NCBI GenBank assembly: GCA_022824545.1
Contig: JAJDZR010000117.1
Span: 1-51,661 of the forward strand
DNA from: Chloroflexota bacterium
GTDB taxonomy: Bacteria; Chloroflexota; UBA11872; UBA12225; JAJDUF01
Length of the DNA: 51,661 nt
Direction: 5' to 3'
Shown: piece after piece, positions 37,155 to 47,042 of the stretch
How the letters are laid out: every line of letters starts with the position of its first letter
How positions within the stretch are numbered: position 1 is the stretch's first letter
Translations under genes and position numbers: made by a program
The notes under the pieces: generated by a model
The model's input: the letters and a program-made list of their open reading frames with translations, nothing else
What the model was told of the DNA's origin: nothing
The model's database searches: none

Positions 37155-39290
37155 ATGACTCGCAGTGCCCAGGCGCCCCTTCTCCGCCAGGGTGGCGCGG
37201 TCCAGTTACCACTGGAGCATCGGCCGACGGGCGCCTCCCGCCGCAGCCTTGTCGTCGTACTCGGTTTCCTGGTCGCCGCCGGTCTCGCGTTGGTCGGACA
37301 GCGTTGGCTATCGGAAGGCACGTACTGGGCCGATGGCGTTGCGCTGCTGGTGGCCGGTGGTGTGCTGCTGCTAATCCTGTTGAGCCGGTCGGGGCCGCTC
37401 GCCGCATCGCTCCTCACGCCCGACGACAATAGGCAGGACGACTCCCGGTTCAAACCGGAGGCCGCCGCCGAGCGGTGGAGCGCCGGGCCGGGGCTGCGGC
37501 GCCTGCTGCTGGGAGTGACCGCGGTGGCGGCGGTGGTCGCTTTCGAGCAGGCCGGGGGCAACCTGTTTCGCCCGCTGGGCGTGGTGGCTTGGGTGCTGGC
37601 GGTCGGCAGCTTTGGCCTGGCCTTCGGCGAATTTCGCCGGTTCGACCCATGCGGCTTACGCTCACGCCTGCGGACAGTGCGCGATGCTTGGCGATCCGGT
37701 CCCCGCATCCGGCTCGCTTGGGAGCTGGCCGCGTTCTTGGCGATCTGGCTGCTCGGCTGCTGCCTGCTCTTCTACCGGCTGCCCGCGGTGCCGGCGGAGA
37801 TGATTAGCGACCACGCCGATAAGCTCCACGATGTCCGGAATATACTCGATGGACGGTACCCGGTCTACTTCGGGGAGTTTGGCGGCAGTGAGGCATCGTA
37901 CTTCTATCTGTCTGCGATACTGGCTGCGGCTGGGCTGGGTCTCACGTTTATCACCCTGAAGATGGGTTCGGCTCTCATCGGCATCTTTGCGATCCCGGCG
38001 ATCTATGCCCTCGCGCGGGTGTGGTTCGGCACCTCCGTGGCCCTCAGCGCGACGTTCCTGCTGGCCGTCTCGCGCTGGTACCTGATCGCCTCGCGGGGCG
38101 GCTTCCGCTATTCCTTTTCGCCGGTGATGGCCGCGCTGACCGGGCTGTTTCTGCTGCGCGCGCTACGCTACCGCCGGCGTAACGACTTCTTACTGCTGGG
38201 CTTCATGCTGGGCGTGGGAATGTACACCTATACCGCCTTCCGGATTATTCCCCTCGCCGTCGTCGCCTGTCTGTGGATTGAGTTGATGCTGGATATTACT
38301 CGCCGCCCGGATGGCTGGGAGCGCGTCCGCCGAACCTTCATCAATGCGCTGCTCGCCGCCATGGTCACCCTGCTTGTCATCCTGCCACTGGGCCGTTTTG
38401 CGCTGGACCATCCCGCTGACTTCTGGCGCCGCAGCGTGACACGGATAGCGAGTGCCGAGCGGCCTCTGCCGGGGCATCCCCTCACGATCTTTCTCGACAA
38501 CGTCAAAAATGCCGGCTTGACGTTCAACTACCGCGGCGATATAGCCTGGGTCCAGAATGTGCCACATGCCCCCATGTTCGACTATGTGACCGGTGCCGGC
38601 TTCTTTCTGGGTGCCATCTACGCCCTCTATCGTCTTCTGGTGCATCGTGAGCGGCTCTACGGGTATCTGCTGATCCTCCTCTTTGTGGCCTTGCTTCCCT
38701 CGGCACTGTCGCTCGCCTTTCCCGCAGAGAACCCCAATACCCCACGCATCAGTATGGCGCTGCCCCTGGCCGTCTTGATCGCGGTGCTCCCCGTCGGCTT
38801 GCTCGTGAGCGCTGTCCGCCGCCTACTGCCACCCGGTGCTGCCGCCGCTGCGCTCACGTTGGCCCTCCTGCCCTTGGGGGCACACGCCGGGCAGCTTAAC
38901 TTCCAGCACTACTTCGTGGATTTCGCACGTTCCTATAAGGTCTCGTCGCAGAACAGCCTGGAAGTAGCACGGGCAATCAGCGGCTTTGCCACCAGTGCCG
39001 GCGACACGCAAGACGCCTGGCTGAAAGTCTGGCCGCACTGGGTAGACACACGGCTCGTGGCAATTCAGATCGGTCAACCGCTCTGGCGCAATCACATAGA
39101 CACTATTGCCACCGCGCGCGAGCACGATACGGCCCCAGGACCACGTCTCTACGTCCTAAGTATCAACGATCACGATTCCCAGGCGGCCCTCGCGCTCTGG
39201 TATCCCCACGCCGTCATCCGCGACCATCTTTCGCCGGTGAGTGGCGAGGTGATCTTCCGCACCTATTTCATTCCACCGGTGCAGCAATGA
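37155..39290 (+). CDS. GT-C membrane glycosyltransferase (ArnT/PMT-like)
   Basis: Multi-TM protein with a DHA loop after a TM helix, SRW...SRGG.R and GMYTY..FR. Start uncertain (37110 or 37155). Confidence 0.78.
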   Translation: MTRSAQAPLLRQGGAVQLPLEHRPTGASRRSLVVVLGFLVAAGLALVGQRWLSEGTYWADGVALLVAGGVLLLILLSRSGPLAASLLTPDDNRQDDSRFKPEAAAERWSAGPGLRRLLLGVTAVAAVVAFEQAGGNLFRPLGVVAWVLAVGSFGLAFGEFRRFDPCGLRSRLRTVRDAWRSGPRIRLAWELAAFLAIWLLGCCLLFYRLPAVPAEMISDHADKLHDVRNILDGRYPVYFGEFGGSEASYFYLSAILAAAGLGLTFITLKMGSALIGIFAIPAIYALARVWFGTSVALSATFLLAVSRWYLIASRGGFRYSFSPVMAALTGLFLLRALRYRRRNDFLLLGFMLGVGMYTYTAFRIIPLAVVACLWIELMLDITRRPDGWERVRRTFINALLAAMVTLLVILPLGRFALDHPADFWRRSVTRIASAERPLPGHPLTIFLDNVKNAGLTFNYRGDIAWVQNVPHAPMFDYVTGAGFFLGAIYALYRLLVHRERLYGYLLILLFVALLPSALSLAFPAENPNTPRISMALPLAVLIAVLPVGLLVSAVRRLLPPGAAAAALTLALLPLGAHAGQLNFQHYFVDFARSYKVSSQNSLEVARAISGFATSAGDTQDAWLKVWPHWVDTRLVAIQIGQPLWRNHIDTIATAREHDTAPGPRLYVLSINDHDSQAALALWYPHAVIRDHLSPVSGEVIFRTYFIPPVQQ

Positions 39291-40123
39291 CATTGGGCGA
39301 CAGTGTTGATGCACTCAAGGCCGCGGCGCCTCCGGTGGTGGCTGCTCATCTGCGCGAGCTGCCGGTCCACCGGGCCATGATCCGTGCGGTGGAGTGCCTG
39401 ATCATGCGGACCGTGGACCTGCCCCGGCCACTGCTCGACGTGGGCTGCGGCGACGGTCACTTCGGCGCGGTCGCGCTCGCGCCAGCGGGACCGGTCGACT
39501 CCGGGGTTGATCCTAACCTCGCCAGAGTGCGTGAGGCCGCCGCACGCGGCGTGTATCGGCTGCCGTTGGTAGCCAGCGCGACGCAATTGCCCTATGCCGA
39601 CGCGGCGTTCGCGTCGGTCGTGAGCAATTGCGTGCTAGAGCACATCGAGCACCTCGACGAAGCACTCGGCGAGATCGGCCGGGTGCTTCGACCGGGTGGC
39701 CGGCTGGCGATTACCGTTCCCACCCATCGGTTCGCCACGTCGCTGTTCTGGCCGCGTGTCCTGCGGCGGCTCGGCAGCCCCGCTACTGCCGACGCTTACG
39801 GGCGCTGGTTCAACCGCATTTCCGTGCATCATCACACACTCACTCCCGAGGCGTGGACCGCGCGACTGGCAGAGCACGGCCTGGTTGTGGAGCAGCTACG
39901 GGACTATCTCGGCCCCCGCGCGATGGGCTTCTTCGACCTCAGCCACTACTACGGCGCACCCACGTTGCTGACCAAGCGCCTGACCGGGCGGTGGGTATGG
40001 CGGCGCAACGGCCTCACGCTGCCGTGGGAACGATGGATTGCGGCGCGGCTGGTGGACTTCTGTAGCGAGGTGGATCGCGGCGACGGCGCCTACGTGTTCT
40101 GCGTGGCACGACGGGTCGGCTAG
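39287..40123 (+). CDS. Class I SAM-dependent methyltransferase
   Basis: LDVGCGDG, LPYADAAF, VLEHI, RVLRPGG. ATGA overlap with the upstream gene. Confidence 0.9.
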   Translation: MTLGDSVDALKAAAPPVVAAHLRELPVHRAMIRAVECLIMRTVDLPRPLLDVGCGDGHFGAVALAPAGPVDSGVDPNLARVREAAARGVYRLPLVASATQLPYADAAFASVVSNCVLEHIEHLDEALGEIGRVLRPGGRLAITVPTHRFATSLFWPRVLRRLGSPATADAYGRWFNRISVHHHTLTPEAWTARLAEHGLVVEQLRDYLGPRAMGFFDLSHYYGAPTLLTKRLTGRWVWRRNGLTLPWERWIAARLVDFCSEVDRGDGAYVFCVARRVG

Positions 40124-40142
40124 TCGGCCAGTGGCTACTGGT

Positions 40143-40218
40143 CCCCTATGGCCCCCCGCTCCGCCGGGGGACGGCGTGTTCCCTTCCCTGTCGCAACGGG
40201 AGAGGGTTGGGGTGGGGG
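40143..40218 (+). repeat. Repeat cluster (families D and C)
   Basis: Closely matches 1714-1780. Confidence 0.8.
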
Positions 40219-40238
40219 CTTGCGGGATTGGCGGATGT

Positions 40239-41471
40239 TCAGGGGAAGAAAGCGCGGAGAAAGCGCTGGGTGCGCTCCATCCACGGACCGTAGCGCCGGG
40301 TGACGTAGTGTCGTGGAGGACGGTTGTTCTGGTGGCTGCCCCAGACCAGCAGTCCCAAACCGGTGGCAAACGTGGGGTTCATCAACCGCTCGCTCACCCC
40401 CTCGACCCGGTGGGGCCGCCCTTTGCGTACCGGCATCCCCAGGATGTCCGTAGCCAGCTCGCGGATGCCGCGTTGATCGGCTACCCCGCCGGTCAGGACG
40501 GCCCCACTGCCGATAAGTCCCTGGCATCCGAGGTCGCGTAGCTCGCCCGCCACCAGGCCCAGAATTTCTTCCATGCGAGCTTCGATGATCTCGGCGAGAA
40601 ACTCCTGGGAAACCCGCTGTGGCCGGCTCGACTCGAAGCCCGGTGCCTCCACCGGCTCCAGTCCCGCTACCGCCTCCGGGAGGGTATGGCCATAGATCAG
40701 CTTCAGCCGCTCGGCCACCCCGAACGGCACGTTGAGGCCGATAGCGATGTCATTGGTCACGTTCCGGCCGCCCAGCGGCAGCACCTTGGTGTGCCAGACG
40801 GTGCCATCGAGGTAGACCGCCAAATCCGTCGTACCCCCACCGATGTCCAGCAGGACAACGCCTAGCTGCCGTTCGGACTCGGTCGTAAGCGCTTCCCCGG
40901 AGGCCAACGGCTGCAAGACTAGCTGCTCCGTCTTGACGCCGGCTTTCTCAACACAGTGGATCAGGTTCTGCATGGAGCTGACGGCGCCGGTGACCACGTG
41001 CGCCTCGACTTCAAGCCGCTGGCCGGCCATGCCGCCGGGGTCCTGAATGCCGTCTACACCATCAATCCAGTACCGTCGCGGCTCCGCGTGAATCACCCGG
41101 CGACCGGCCGGTACGGCCAGCGCTTGGGCGGTAATGATGGCACGCTGCACGTCCTCAGCCTGCACCTGGGAGCTATTCCGATGGAGCGCCGTCACACCAC
41201 GGCTGTTCTGCGACTCTATCTGTCCACCCGCGATACTGACGTAAGCGGATCGCACGTTGCGGTTGCACAACTGCTCCAACTCAGCGACGGCGGTGGCGAT
41301 GCATTCGGTCGTAGCGGCCATGTTGGCCACGGCGCCGCGCCGCATCCCGCGCGAGGGGCAGAGACCGGCCCCGAGGACGACGACCGTACCTGTCTCGGTG
41401 ACCTCACCGAGTAAGGCACAGGCTTTTGTTGTCCCGACATCAACAGCCGCGATTAACTGCTGCCGAGGCAC
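40239..41471 (-). CDS. ftsA: Cell division protein FtsA
   Basis: DVGTTK, LEVEAHVVTG, LDIGGGTTD, GG..VTNDIA, IIEARMEEI, VLTGG, C-terminal amphipathic helix. GGAGG RBS with GTG start. Confidence 0.95.
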   Translation of the reverse strand: MPRQQLIAAVDVGTTKACALLGEVTETGTVVVLGAGLCPSRGMRRGAVANMAATTECIATAVAELEQLCNRNVRSAYVSIAGGQIESQNSRGVTALHRNSSQVQAEDVQRAIITAQALAVPAGRRVIHAEPRRYWIDGVDGIQDPGGMAGQRLEVEAHVVTGAVSSMQNLIHCVEKAGVKTEQLVLQPLASGEALTTESERQLGVVLLDIGGGTTDLAVYLDGTVWHTKVLPLGGRNVTNDIAIGLNVPFGVAERLKLIYGHTLPEAVAGLEPVEAPGFESSRPQRVSQEFLAEIIEARMEEILGLVAGELRDLGCQGLIGSGAVLTGGVADQRGIRELATDILGMPVRKGRPHRVEGVSERLMNPTFATGLGLLVWGSHQNNRPPRHYVTRRYGPWMERTQRFLRAFFP

Positions 41472-41622
41472 TCGGGTCCTCCGTAGAAAGAAGAGCGCAC
41501 AAGTGGTGATGTTACGACGCTGGCCGCAATCCCGCCACAGCAAGGAAGTGGGGAGGTTGGATGGCGGGACCTCCTCCGCAGCGGCACGTGCGCGTCAGTG
41601 GTTCCTAGCTGGATTGACCGTC

Positions 41623-41651
41623 ATTATACGGTGCCCTCTGGGTGAATACAA
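41623..41651 (-). promoter_or_regulatory. Sigma70-type promoter of ftsA
   Basis: On the minus strand TTGTAT-17 bp-TATAAT. The -10 lies inside the inverted repeat ACCGT-N6-ACGGT. Confidence 0.6.
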
Positions 41652-41906
41652 TACCCTTGTCGCGCCTCGCCGGTGCAAAGTGACCACCTCGCACAGGTCG
41701 CGGTGGCTGCGCTACGACGGCACTCTTCCTGGCCGACCTGCGCTAGAATGCGCTCGCGCCAGCCTGCGATGATTGGCGCGGGGGTCGTAAGCTGGCCGCA
41801 CAGGCGCCGAATTTGCCTAGAACGCACAGGTGCCGGGGATACCATTAGTGTCCTATACGCCGCCGCACCCCACCGCACCGCCGCTAAACCTGCCGCCCGG
41901 AGATAA

Positions 41907-43103
41907 GTGATGACTGAGTTGACGGCCGCTCCCTTGATCCTCGCCTCGTTGGAGCACCATCCGCAAGGCTTCCTGAGCTGCGCCAAGAATGTGGGCATCC
42001 GCGATGAGACACTCGACTTCACGGTGGTCTTCTCCACGACCCCGGCCGCCGCTGCTGCCATGTTCACCCAGAGCCTATTTGCCGGTGCCCCCATCATCGT
42101 GGGGCGTGAGCACGTCGCCGACCACCACCTCCAGGCGGTCGTCGTCAACAGCAAGAACGCCAATGTCGCTACCGGTGAGGCGGGCATTGCAGCAGCGCGC
42201 GAGACCTGTCGGCTCGTGGCCGATGAGTTGGGTATCCAGCCGGAGGCGGTCTTTCCGTCCTCGACCGGCGTCATCGGCTGGCAGCTGCCCATGGACAGGA
42301 TCAAGGCCGGCATCCCCGGTCTGCGGGCAGAGTTGCGGACCGGCGATCTGGAGACGACGGCTCGCGCCATTATGACCACGGATACGCGGGCGAAGTACCG
42401 CTGTGCCCGCGTCGGAGACGCCGTATTGGTCGGGATGTGCAAAGGCTCCGGGATGATCGCCCCTAACATGGCGACAATGCTGGCGTTCTTCTACACCGAC
42501 GCGGCCGTAGACGCGGCCGATCTGCAACGCCTGCTACGGGAGGCCGTAGCCGTGTCCTTCAACATGGTGAGCGTGGATACCGACACGAGCACCAGCGATA
42601 CCGCGCTGATCCTGGCAAACGGGCAAGCGGGCGCCGTGGACCCGGCAGAGTTCGGCGCCACGCTGCGGGCGATGGCTATCGAACTGGCGCAGGATATCGC
42701 TCGGGACGGCGAGGGCGCGAGCAAGCTCTTGGAGGTGACCGTCACGGGCGCCCGCGACGAGGCCCAAGCCCAGCGCATCGCCAAGGTCATCGCCGATTCG
42801 CCGCTCGTGAAGACGGCCGTGGCCGGCGCCGATCCCAACTGGGGTCGGGTGGCAATGGCTATCGGCAAATGCCATGAGGAGACCGACATTGACCCAGAGC
42901 GCGTGACGATTGCCTTTGGCGATCTTGCGCTCTACCAGGGGCGACCGCTGGGCGATGAGCTACTCCCGCAGCTCGAACGCTACCTGCAAGGCACGGATGT
43001 CGCCATCCGCGTTGATCTCGGTATCGGCAACGGCACTGCCACCGCTTGGGGCTGTGACCTCACAGTCGGATACATCCACATCAACGCCGAGTACACGACC
43101 TAG
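41907..43103 (+). CDS. argJ: Glutamate N-acetyltransferase/ornithine acetyltransferase
   Basis: NSKNAN, STGVIG, AIMTTD, KGSGMIAPNMATML, DTSTSD, DGEGA, DPNWGR, INAEYTT. Confidence 0.96.
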   Translation: MMTELTAAPLILASLEHHPQGFLSCAKNVGIRDETLDFTVVFSTTPAAAAAMFTQSLFAGAPIIVGREHVADHHLQAVVVNSKNANVATGEAGIAAARETCRLVADELGIQPEAVFPSSTGVIGWQLPMDRIKAGIPGLRAELRTGDLETTARAIMTTDTRAKYRCARVGDAVLVGMCKGSGMIAPNMATMLAFFYTDAAVDAADLQRLLREAVAVSFNMVSVDTDTSTSDTALILANGQAGAVDPAEFGATLRAMAIELAQDIARDGEGASKLLEVTVTGARDEAQAQRIAKVIADSPLVKTAVAGADPNWGRVAMAIGKCHEETDIDPERVTIAFGDLALYQGRPLGDELLPQLERYLQGTDVAIRVDLGIGNGTATAWGCDLTVGYIHINAEYTT

Positions 43104-43130
43104 CCTAGCACTGTGATTCCCGCTCTGCTC

Positions 43131-44246
43131 TCAGCTGAGGCTGGCGTAGTGCTGGTTGCCTAGCTCCTGGGCCAGGCCTTTCAGCGTCAGCACCGTCAAC
43201 GTGCTGCCGACCGTGTGTGCCGGAAGCTGGGCGTCGCGGATGATGTCGTCAATGTGGCGTGCCGCTCCTGGCGTGCGCTGGAGGGCCGCGAGGACCTGCG
43301 CTTCCTCGTCGTTGGCCGGCATGGCTATCGCCAGCTGACGGGCCGCCGGCGCCATGTGGAGATTGAGCGCATCCAGAATGTCTTGCGCCGCGCTGACCAG
43401 CCCGGCCCCTTCCTGGATGAGCTGGTGACAGCCCTGGCTCGCGGGTGAGGTGATCGGCCCCGGCACCGCGAACACGTCGCGTCCTTCATCCGCTGCGGCG
43501 CGTGCCGTGATGAGTGCTCCCGAGGCTTCACCGGCCTCGACGACCACCGTCGCCAGCGCCAAGCCACTGATGATCCGGTTGCGGATCGGGAAGTGCTCTG
43601 CCGCCGGTCCGACCCCGAGTGGATACTCGCTCAGAAGTGCCCCTTGCGCGGCCACCTCTGCGGCGAGGGAGCGGTGCTCGGCTGGATAGATCGTGTCGAG
43701 GCCGTGACCGAGCACCGCCAGTGTGCGCCCGCCGTGCTTGAGGGCTGCCCGGTGCGCGTGGCCGTCAATCCCCCGTGCCAGACCACTCACGATGGTCAGC
43801 CCGGCGCTCGCTAGGTCACCGGCCAGTTTCGTGGCGACGCTGCGACCATAGGTTGTGCGTCGCCGGGTGCCGACGATGGCGATGGCGCTGCGATCCTGGG
43901 CGGTAAGCTCACCGCGGACATACAGCACCGGCGGCGGCGCCGCAATGGTACGCAGCAGCGGTGGATAGCACTCTTCATCCATCCAGGTCAGCGCCGTGAT
44001 CGCCGCTGCCGCCAGCCGTTCGGCTTCTCGATCCGGGTCTACCTGCCCGCGCCCCTCGACAATGGCCGCCGTTGTCCGGCGATCAATCCCGGCTTGGCCG
44101 AGTTGAGTCGGGGTCGCGTTCCAGGCAGCCTGGATCGAGCCGAAGTGGTCGAGGAGTTGGCGAAACCGCTTCGGTCCTACGCCGGGCAAGCGATGGAGGG
44201 CCAGCCAAAAGCGCCGCTCGTCGTCGGATGCCGGAGGATGATTCAT
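43131..44246 (-). CDS. dprA: DNA-processing protein DprA
   Basis: AIVGTR, VSGLARGID, FPIRNRIISGL, SGALITA, VFAVPG, C-terminal winged helix. Confidence 0.96.
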   Translation of the reverse strand: MNHPPASDDERRFWLALHRLPGVGPKRFRQLLDHFGSIQAAWNATPTQLGQAGIDRRTTAAIVEGRGQVDPDREAERLAAAAITALTWMDEECYPPLLRTIAAPPPVLYVRGELTAQDRSAIAIVGTRRRTTYGRSVATKLAGDLASAGLTIVSGLARGIDGHAHRAALKHGGRTLAVLGHGLDTIYPAEHRSLAAEVAAQGALLSEYPLGVGPAAEHFPIRNRIISGLALATVVVEAGEASGALITARAAADEGRDVFAVPGPITSPASQGCHQLIQEGAGLVSAAQDILDALNLHMAPAARQLAIAMPANDEEAQVLAALQRTPGAARHIDDIIRDAQLPAHTVGSTLTVLTLKGLAQELGNQHYASLS

Positions 44247-44464
44247 AGGCAGCAACCTGTCATCGGCGGGCCAGGCGTGCAGCGGCAACAGGACCGCGAG
44301 CGCGCTGCCGCTGCCAGCGCACGGGCAGACATATAATAGCATATGTATCTATGTGGGCGGCAAGGAGCTACTGCGGCGTAGACTCGCGCGTACACGGCGG
44401 CATGGCCGGGGACTAGGCCAACGGGGAAACACGCCCCTGCTGGGAACGTGCTTGATCGGCGTGG

Positions 44465-44555
44465 TGGCGGAAGGGGTGGGATTCGAACCCACGACAGGGT
44501 TTCCCCTGTAGCGGTTTAGCAAACCGCCGCACTAGGCCAACTATGCGACCCTTCC
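44465..44555 (-). tRNA. tRNA-Ser (GCT)
   Basis: GGAAGGG...TTGCTAA anticodon loop, long variable arm, GGTTCGAATCCC, encoded CCA. Confidence 0.95.
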
Positions 44556-44785
44556 TTTGGTTGGTTCCTAGCCAGATCGTTGGTAGTTTCTCGCCGCGAC
44601 TGGCGCTTTTCCTTACGATCTGTGCCAGTCAGTTGAACTATCCGCTTCCTGGAGACTCGCCCTCGCACATTCTAGCAAGATACGTCTGCGTCACGCTATG
44701 CGCTGGCGGTGGGTCGTAGCAAGCGCCGCACAACCACAAGAGTGCTCCTGCCTCTGGTCACAGCAGTTTACTTTCACATGCTCTC

Positions 44786-44814
44786 TTGACAGTAAGCACC
44801 CTAGCAGTTAGGAT
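44786..44814 (+). promoter_or_regulatory. Sigma70-type promoter of the microprotein
   Basis: TTGACA-17 bp-TAGGAT. Confidence 0.7.
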
Positions 44815-44859
44815 ACCTTAAGGTTCCGGCAGGGAATCGCAATTAAGGGAGGTGTTGTC

Positions 44860-45000
44860 ATGCCTAAAGGCAAAGGAAGCATGTCTTCGAAAGCTGCGTC
44901 CCGGATACAGAGTTCGACTGCTAAGTCGGGCGGTGGCAAAGTTTCCAAGGGTAGCTTTGCCGCGCGTGCTCAGAGAGCGGCGGCCAAGAACTCAAAGTAA
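44860..45000 (+). CDS. 46-aa basic microprotein (SMP/LEA-like motif)
   Basis: AAGGGAGGT RBS. MPKGKGSMSSKAASRIQSSTAKSGGGKVSKGSFAARAQRAAAKNSK*, with its own promoter and terminator. Confidence 0.8.
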   Translation: MPKGKGSMSSKAASRIQSSTAKSGGGKVSKGSFAARAQRAAAKNSK

Positions 45001-45026
45001 GGTTGTCGGGATTGCCCGTTCTTCAT

Positions 45027-45050
45027 AATCGCCGCAGATGCGGCGATTTA
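45027..45050. terminator. Probable intrinsic terminator (possibly bidirectional)
   Basis: AATCGCCGCA-GA-TGCGGCGATT hairpin between the convergent microprotein and tRNA-Ser(TGA). Confidence 0.7.
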
Positions 45051-45074
45051 ACCTGGTGAGCCGGCTTAGGCGTC

Positions 45075-45160
45075 TGGCGGAGGGAGAGGGATTCGAACCC
45101 CCGGGTCTTTCGACCAACGGTTTTCAAGACCGCCGCTTTCGGCCACTCAGCCATCCCTCC
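45075..45160 (-). tRNA. tRNA-Ser (TGA)
   Basis: GGAGGGA...CTTGAAA anticodon loop, variable arm, GGTTCGAATCCC, CCA. Extended -10 TGGTACAAT at 45191-45199. Confidence 0.95.
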
Positions 45161-45221
45161 TCTGTCCGCGAGTTCTGCGCCAACTCTCCTATTGTACCAC
45201 TGGCGCGCGGCCCGCGTCAGG

Positions 45222-45530
45222 TCAGGCCGGTGGATACCGACCTGCCGGCCATAGGCGCGGCAGTTTCAGGGTGAGTGGCGGCTGCGCGTCGGCAAAGAGC
45301 CGTGGCCGCACTGCCGCTCGCTCGTGCCAGTGCTCAACGTATTCGCCGCGCTCAAGGTCCAACACAAACTCCCCGAACGCTTGCTCCTGTGGGTCGAAGA
45401 CCCAGTAGTGGGGAATGCCGGCCTCGGCGTAGACCGCCCGTTTCTCCACTAGGTCACGCTCCTCGCTCCGGGGTGAGAGCACCTCGACGACCAGCTCCGG
45501 TCGAGTGTCCAGGAGCCGGTAACGATAACC
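45222..45530 (-). pseudogene. Uma2 family endonuclease, 5'-truncated fragment
   Basis: PELVVEVLSP...EKRAVYAEAGIPHYWVFDP is present, but the N-terminal ELIxG/PD half is not recognisable. Confidence 0.65.
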
Positions 45531-45689
45531 CCATCCGTCCCGTCCCCCCGATCCACCGACAATGGCACGGGCCGCATAGTGTTTGGAGGTAGTGTGACCG
45601 CCGTTCCGGGCGCGTCGGGCTACTGTATCCGAGGCGCCGGCCGCTGCGTTAACTATGGGGTGGATGGTGGGGCGACTAAAGGAGCAGGG

Positions 45690-47042
45690 TTGACTACACA
45701 ATCTCGCCGGCTGCGGCTGAGTATAGCGTTCGTGTTAATCTGGCTGGCCCTTGCAGCGGCTGGGCCGCCGGCCGTCGCGACGGCCTGTTCGTATCTGGGG
45801 CCAGGGCACCTCCTGTTCGACCCTGACCTACTCGCCGTCCTCTGCGCCGAAGAATCCTCGATACCCCTAACACAGCCACCGGCAGGCGACCCGGCCGCGC
45901 TCCCGATCCCACCCGAGTTCGCCGATCCCGGATTGCCGTTCGACCTGACGGTCTCCGTCCCGGCGGACGGTAGACCGAGCGCAATACCGACGATGGTCGT
46001 CCACGAAGTGCATGATAGCGAGGTATGCCCCTTGAACGGCATCCGCTACCCGCCGGAATACCGGGCGGCGTGGGAAGCGCGCCGCCCGCTGGGAGTGATG
46101 ATTGAGAATCATCCCGATGCGCGGCCGCAATACGGGCTGGCCTCGGCCGACGTGGTCTACGAGGCCGTCGCCGAGGGCGGGATCACGCGCTTTCTGGCCG
46201 TGTTCTATTGCGACCGTGCCATAGAGCCGGTCCGCGCCGGGCCGGTACGCAGCGCCCGGACATATTTTCTCGACTGGATATCCGAGTACGGCCGCTACCC
46301 GCTCTACGCCCACGTCGGCGCCGCCTATTGCGACCAGCGCACGGGGATCGGTTGCCGCAACGGCGCCCGCGCAGACGCGCTTGGACAGATCAGGAGCTAT
46401 GGCTGGGCGGGCTACAACGATCTCGACGAGTTCCAGATCGGCGCGCCGGTGTATTGGCGCGACTTGAGCCGCAACGTCTCCCTCGAGCATACGATGTTCA
46501 CCGACACCCAGCGGCTCTGGCGCGTCGCCGCCCAGCGCGACCTCACCGCCGTGGACGCGGAAGGGAGAAACTGGATACAGCAGTTCAGGGCCTGGCAGTT
46601 CGCAGATGCGGCGCAACGACCGCCGGCCAACGCGACGCATACGGAGGTCCGGATCGTCTTCTGGCCTGGCGCGGTGGGATTCGAGGTGGAGTGGCGCTAC
46701 GATCCTGCTACGGGGCTGTACCGGCGGGTCATGGGCGGGCTGCCCCACGTGGACCCCGGGACCGGCCAGCAAATCACCGCCGCCACGATTCTGGTGCAGT
46801 TCCAGGAGGAGTCACCAGCGAACGACGGCTACCCCGGCAACGTGCGCCTGCTGTACGGCACGCTTGGTACCGGCCAGGCGAAGATCATTCAGAACGGGCA
46901 GGTCATCGAGGGTACCTGGCGCAAGACGGACCGCTGGTCACGCACCTTGTTCCGTGACCGCTACGGCCGGGAGATATCCTTGCAGCCGGGCAAGATTTGG
47001 GTGGAGACGGTGCCGCTCCACGGCAGCGTCACGGAGTCTTGA
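45690..47042 (+). CDS. DUF3048 (YerB-like) exported protein
   Basis: Signal-like N-terminus, RPLGVMIENHPDARPQYGL..AD.VYE...EGGITRF, GPVRSAR, G.W.K, L.PGKIWVE. Confidence 0.88.
   Translation: MTTQSRRLRLSIAFVLIWLALAAAGPPAVATACSYLGPGHLLFDPDLLAVLCAEESSIPLTQPPAGDPAALPIPPEFADPGLPFDLTVSVPADGRPSAIPTMVVHEVHDSEVCPLNGIRYPPEYRAAWEARRPLGVMIENHPDARPQYGLASADVVYEAVAEGGITRFLAVFYCDRAIEPVRAGPVRSARTYFLDWISEYGRYPLYAHVGAAYCDQRTGIGCRNGARADALGQIRSYGWAGYNDLDEFQIGAPVYWRDLSRNVSLEHTMFTDTQRLWRVAAQRDLTAVDAEGRNWIQQFRAWQFADAAQRPPANATHTEVRIVFWPGAVGFEVEWRYDPATGLYRRVMGGLPHVDPGTGQQITAATILVQFQEESPANDGYPGNVRLLYGTLGTGQAKIIQNGQVIEGTWRKTDRWSRTLFRDRYGREISLQPGKIWVETVPLHGSVTES

Noticed and set aside
44340-44464. Possible SRP or other ncRNA after tRNA-Ser(GCT)
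   Set aside because: No SRP helix-8 motif or other recognisable family on either strand. The ACTAGGCCAAC match to the tRNA is too short to interpret.
44465-45160. Integrative element at the tRNA-Ser genes
   Set aside because: No integrase and no duplicated tRNA 3' end. The two tRNAs are distinct complete isoacceptors.
45075-45160. Second tRNA-Sec or UGA suppressor
   Set aside because: The anticodon is TGA (reads UCA, Ser) with a 7-bp acceptor stem. Only 35890-35987 has the TCA anticodon.
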